Position numbers and translations under genes: made by a program
Notes under the pieces: model-generated
The model's database searches: none
What the model saw: only the letters and a program-made list of their open reading frames with translations
Told to the model about the DNA's origin: nothing
NCBI GenBank assembly: GCA_030265395.1
Contig: JARFYF010000001.1
Span: 98,165,836-98,229,835 of the forward strand
Length of the DNA: 64,000 nucleotides
Origin: Rhina ancylostomus
Lineage: Eukaryota
Reading direction: 5' to 3'
Shown: positions 62,861 to 64,000 of the stretch, one piece after another
Layout: each line of letters opens with the position of its first letter
Numbering within the stretch: position 1 is the stretch's first letter

Positions 62861-64000
62861 TTTTTTTTGCCCTGAAATAGAAATCTGATCATCCGTTTCA
62901 CGGATCGTTGTGCAATTTTGCGACTTGCAGATAGACTACTTGTTTATCTGGAGATTTTCTTCGTTTTTAAAATAATTTTTTATTAGGACATGGAGGCGAT
63001 GTTTTCAAAGTAAGCAGTTTAATCAGGCTCAAAAACTATTGGTTAAGCCACATAACTCCTTGGCACATCATGGTTAATGTATATGAAAGGTGATAAGTTT
63101 TTTATGGAACCCACTTCTAGATGTCATAAATGTACATCAGTGTGCTTCAGCACAATAGTGGCCAACTCCATCTTTCACAAGTTTGTGGTTGGGATCACAT
63201 GGCAGAACAGATTTAATACTGTTTTTCCACATCTTGGAGTTATGCTGAGTTGTCATAATCCCATTGTTCATCACCACAACTCTTTCAGACTTCACAAATT
63301 TGGAATCTCATTCACAAAACCCATCATGACAGCTAGTGCAGGAAAAAGTAAATTCTTTATGAAATGGCCAATTCAAACATTGTAAATACTCAATTAAGAA
63401 TTTTGTCTTGTTAGTACAATTTTTAAAGAAAATCTTGCAGTTGGACAGTGGCGTTCTCATCTCTTTCAACAAAGGGCTTTACAGTAAATGAATGATTTAA
63501 TGCAAATGGTTTTAGGATGGAATGGACAAATCACTGAAGGCTCTATAAAATTGTTCAGGTAAGAATTTAGTGGTCCCTACAAAGAGACAGAAGTCAAGAA
63601 TAACTAACACCATTAGGATGCATATTCACAAATGCACAGTAGCATAACAATTTTAGGAATTTGATTGTTTATATACTCATTTATCAAGGCCTTGCACTGT
63701 TCACATTTATTACTTTAAATGAAAAAGACTGACAGTTTAATTTTTTTTAAATGAGGAAAAGCTATTTTAAATACACTTACTATTGCTCTGAAGGTAAAAT
63801 AATCTTGTATTAGAAAAGTAGGAGTTTTCAGATAAGGAAATGGCATTTACTGAAATTATGGTAGAATAGTTAATCAAGCCAACATTTTAAATTACAATAA
63901 TGCAGCAATGAACTGAATAGACTAAAGTATTGATAAGCTTTCTTTTTCAAAAAAAAACCCCCAACAGAAACAGGAAATGTTATTTTAGAGCACGAGAGAG

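Overview
Vertebrate genomic DNA, most likely a cartilaginous fish. The repeat set is CR1, RTE, L2, Penelope-like elements and tRNA-derived V-SINEs, and the draft assembly has many N gaps. The window holds the 3' end of the TALE homeobox gene MEIS2 on the + strand, with exon numbers following the mammalian gene: exon 10 (14609-14667, GC donor), exon 11 (two acceptors, 16704 or 16725, ending 16814), cassette exon 12 (17116-17211, early stop), terminal exon 13 (CDS 19442-19728) and a 3' UTR to about 21.3 kb. The last coding exon of CDIN1/C15orf41 lies convergently on the - strand (48384-48537), the same MEIS2-CDIN1 arrangement as in mammals. Almost all other ORFs in the track are spurious or decayed transposon fragments. 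The most interesting signals are: (1) a read-through ORF behind the GC donor of exon 10 whose stop codon overlaps an AATAAA, predicting a short basic-tailed MEIS2 isoform; (2) an unexplained ~225-bp, ~95% identical inverted repeat with a 696-bp spacer between the genes; (3) a CpG-rich domain with a strong CTCF motif just 3' of MEIS2; and (4) several TALE/Hox-motif-rich candidate conserved enhancers. No CRISPR, rRNA or true tRNA gene was seen, and I found no clearly new protein-coding system.
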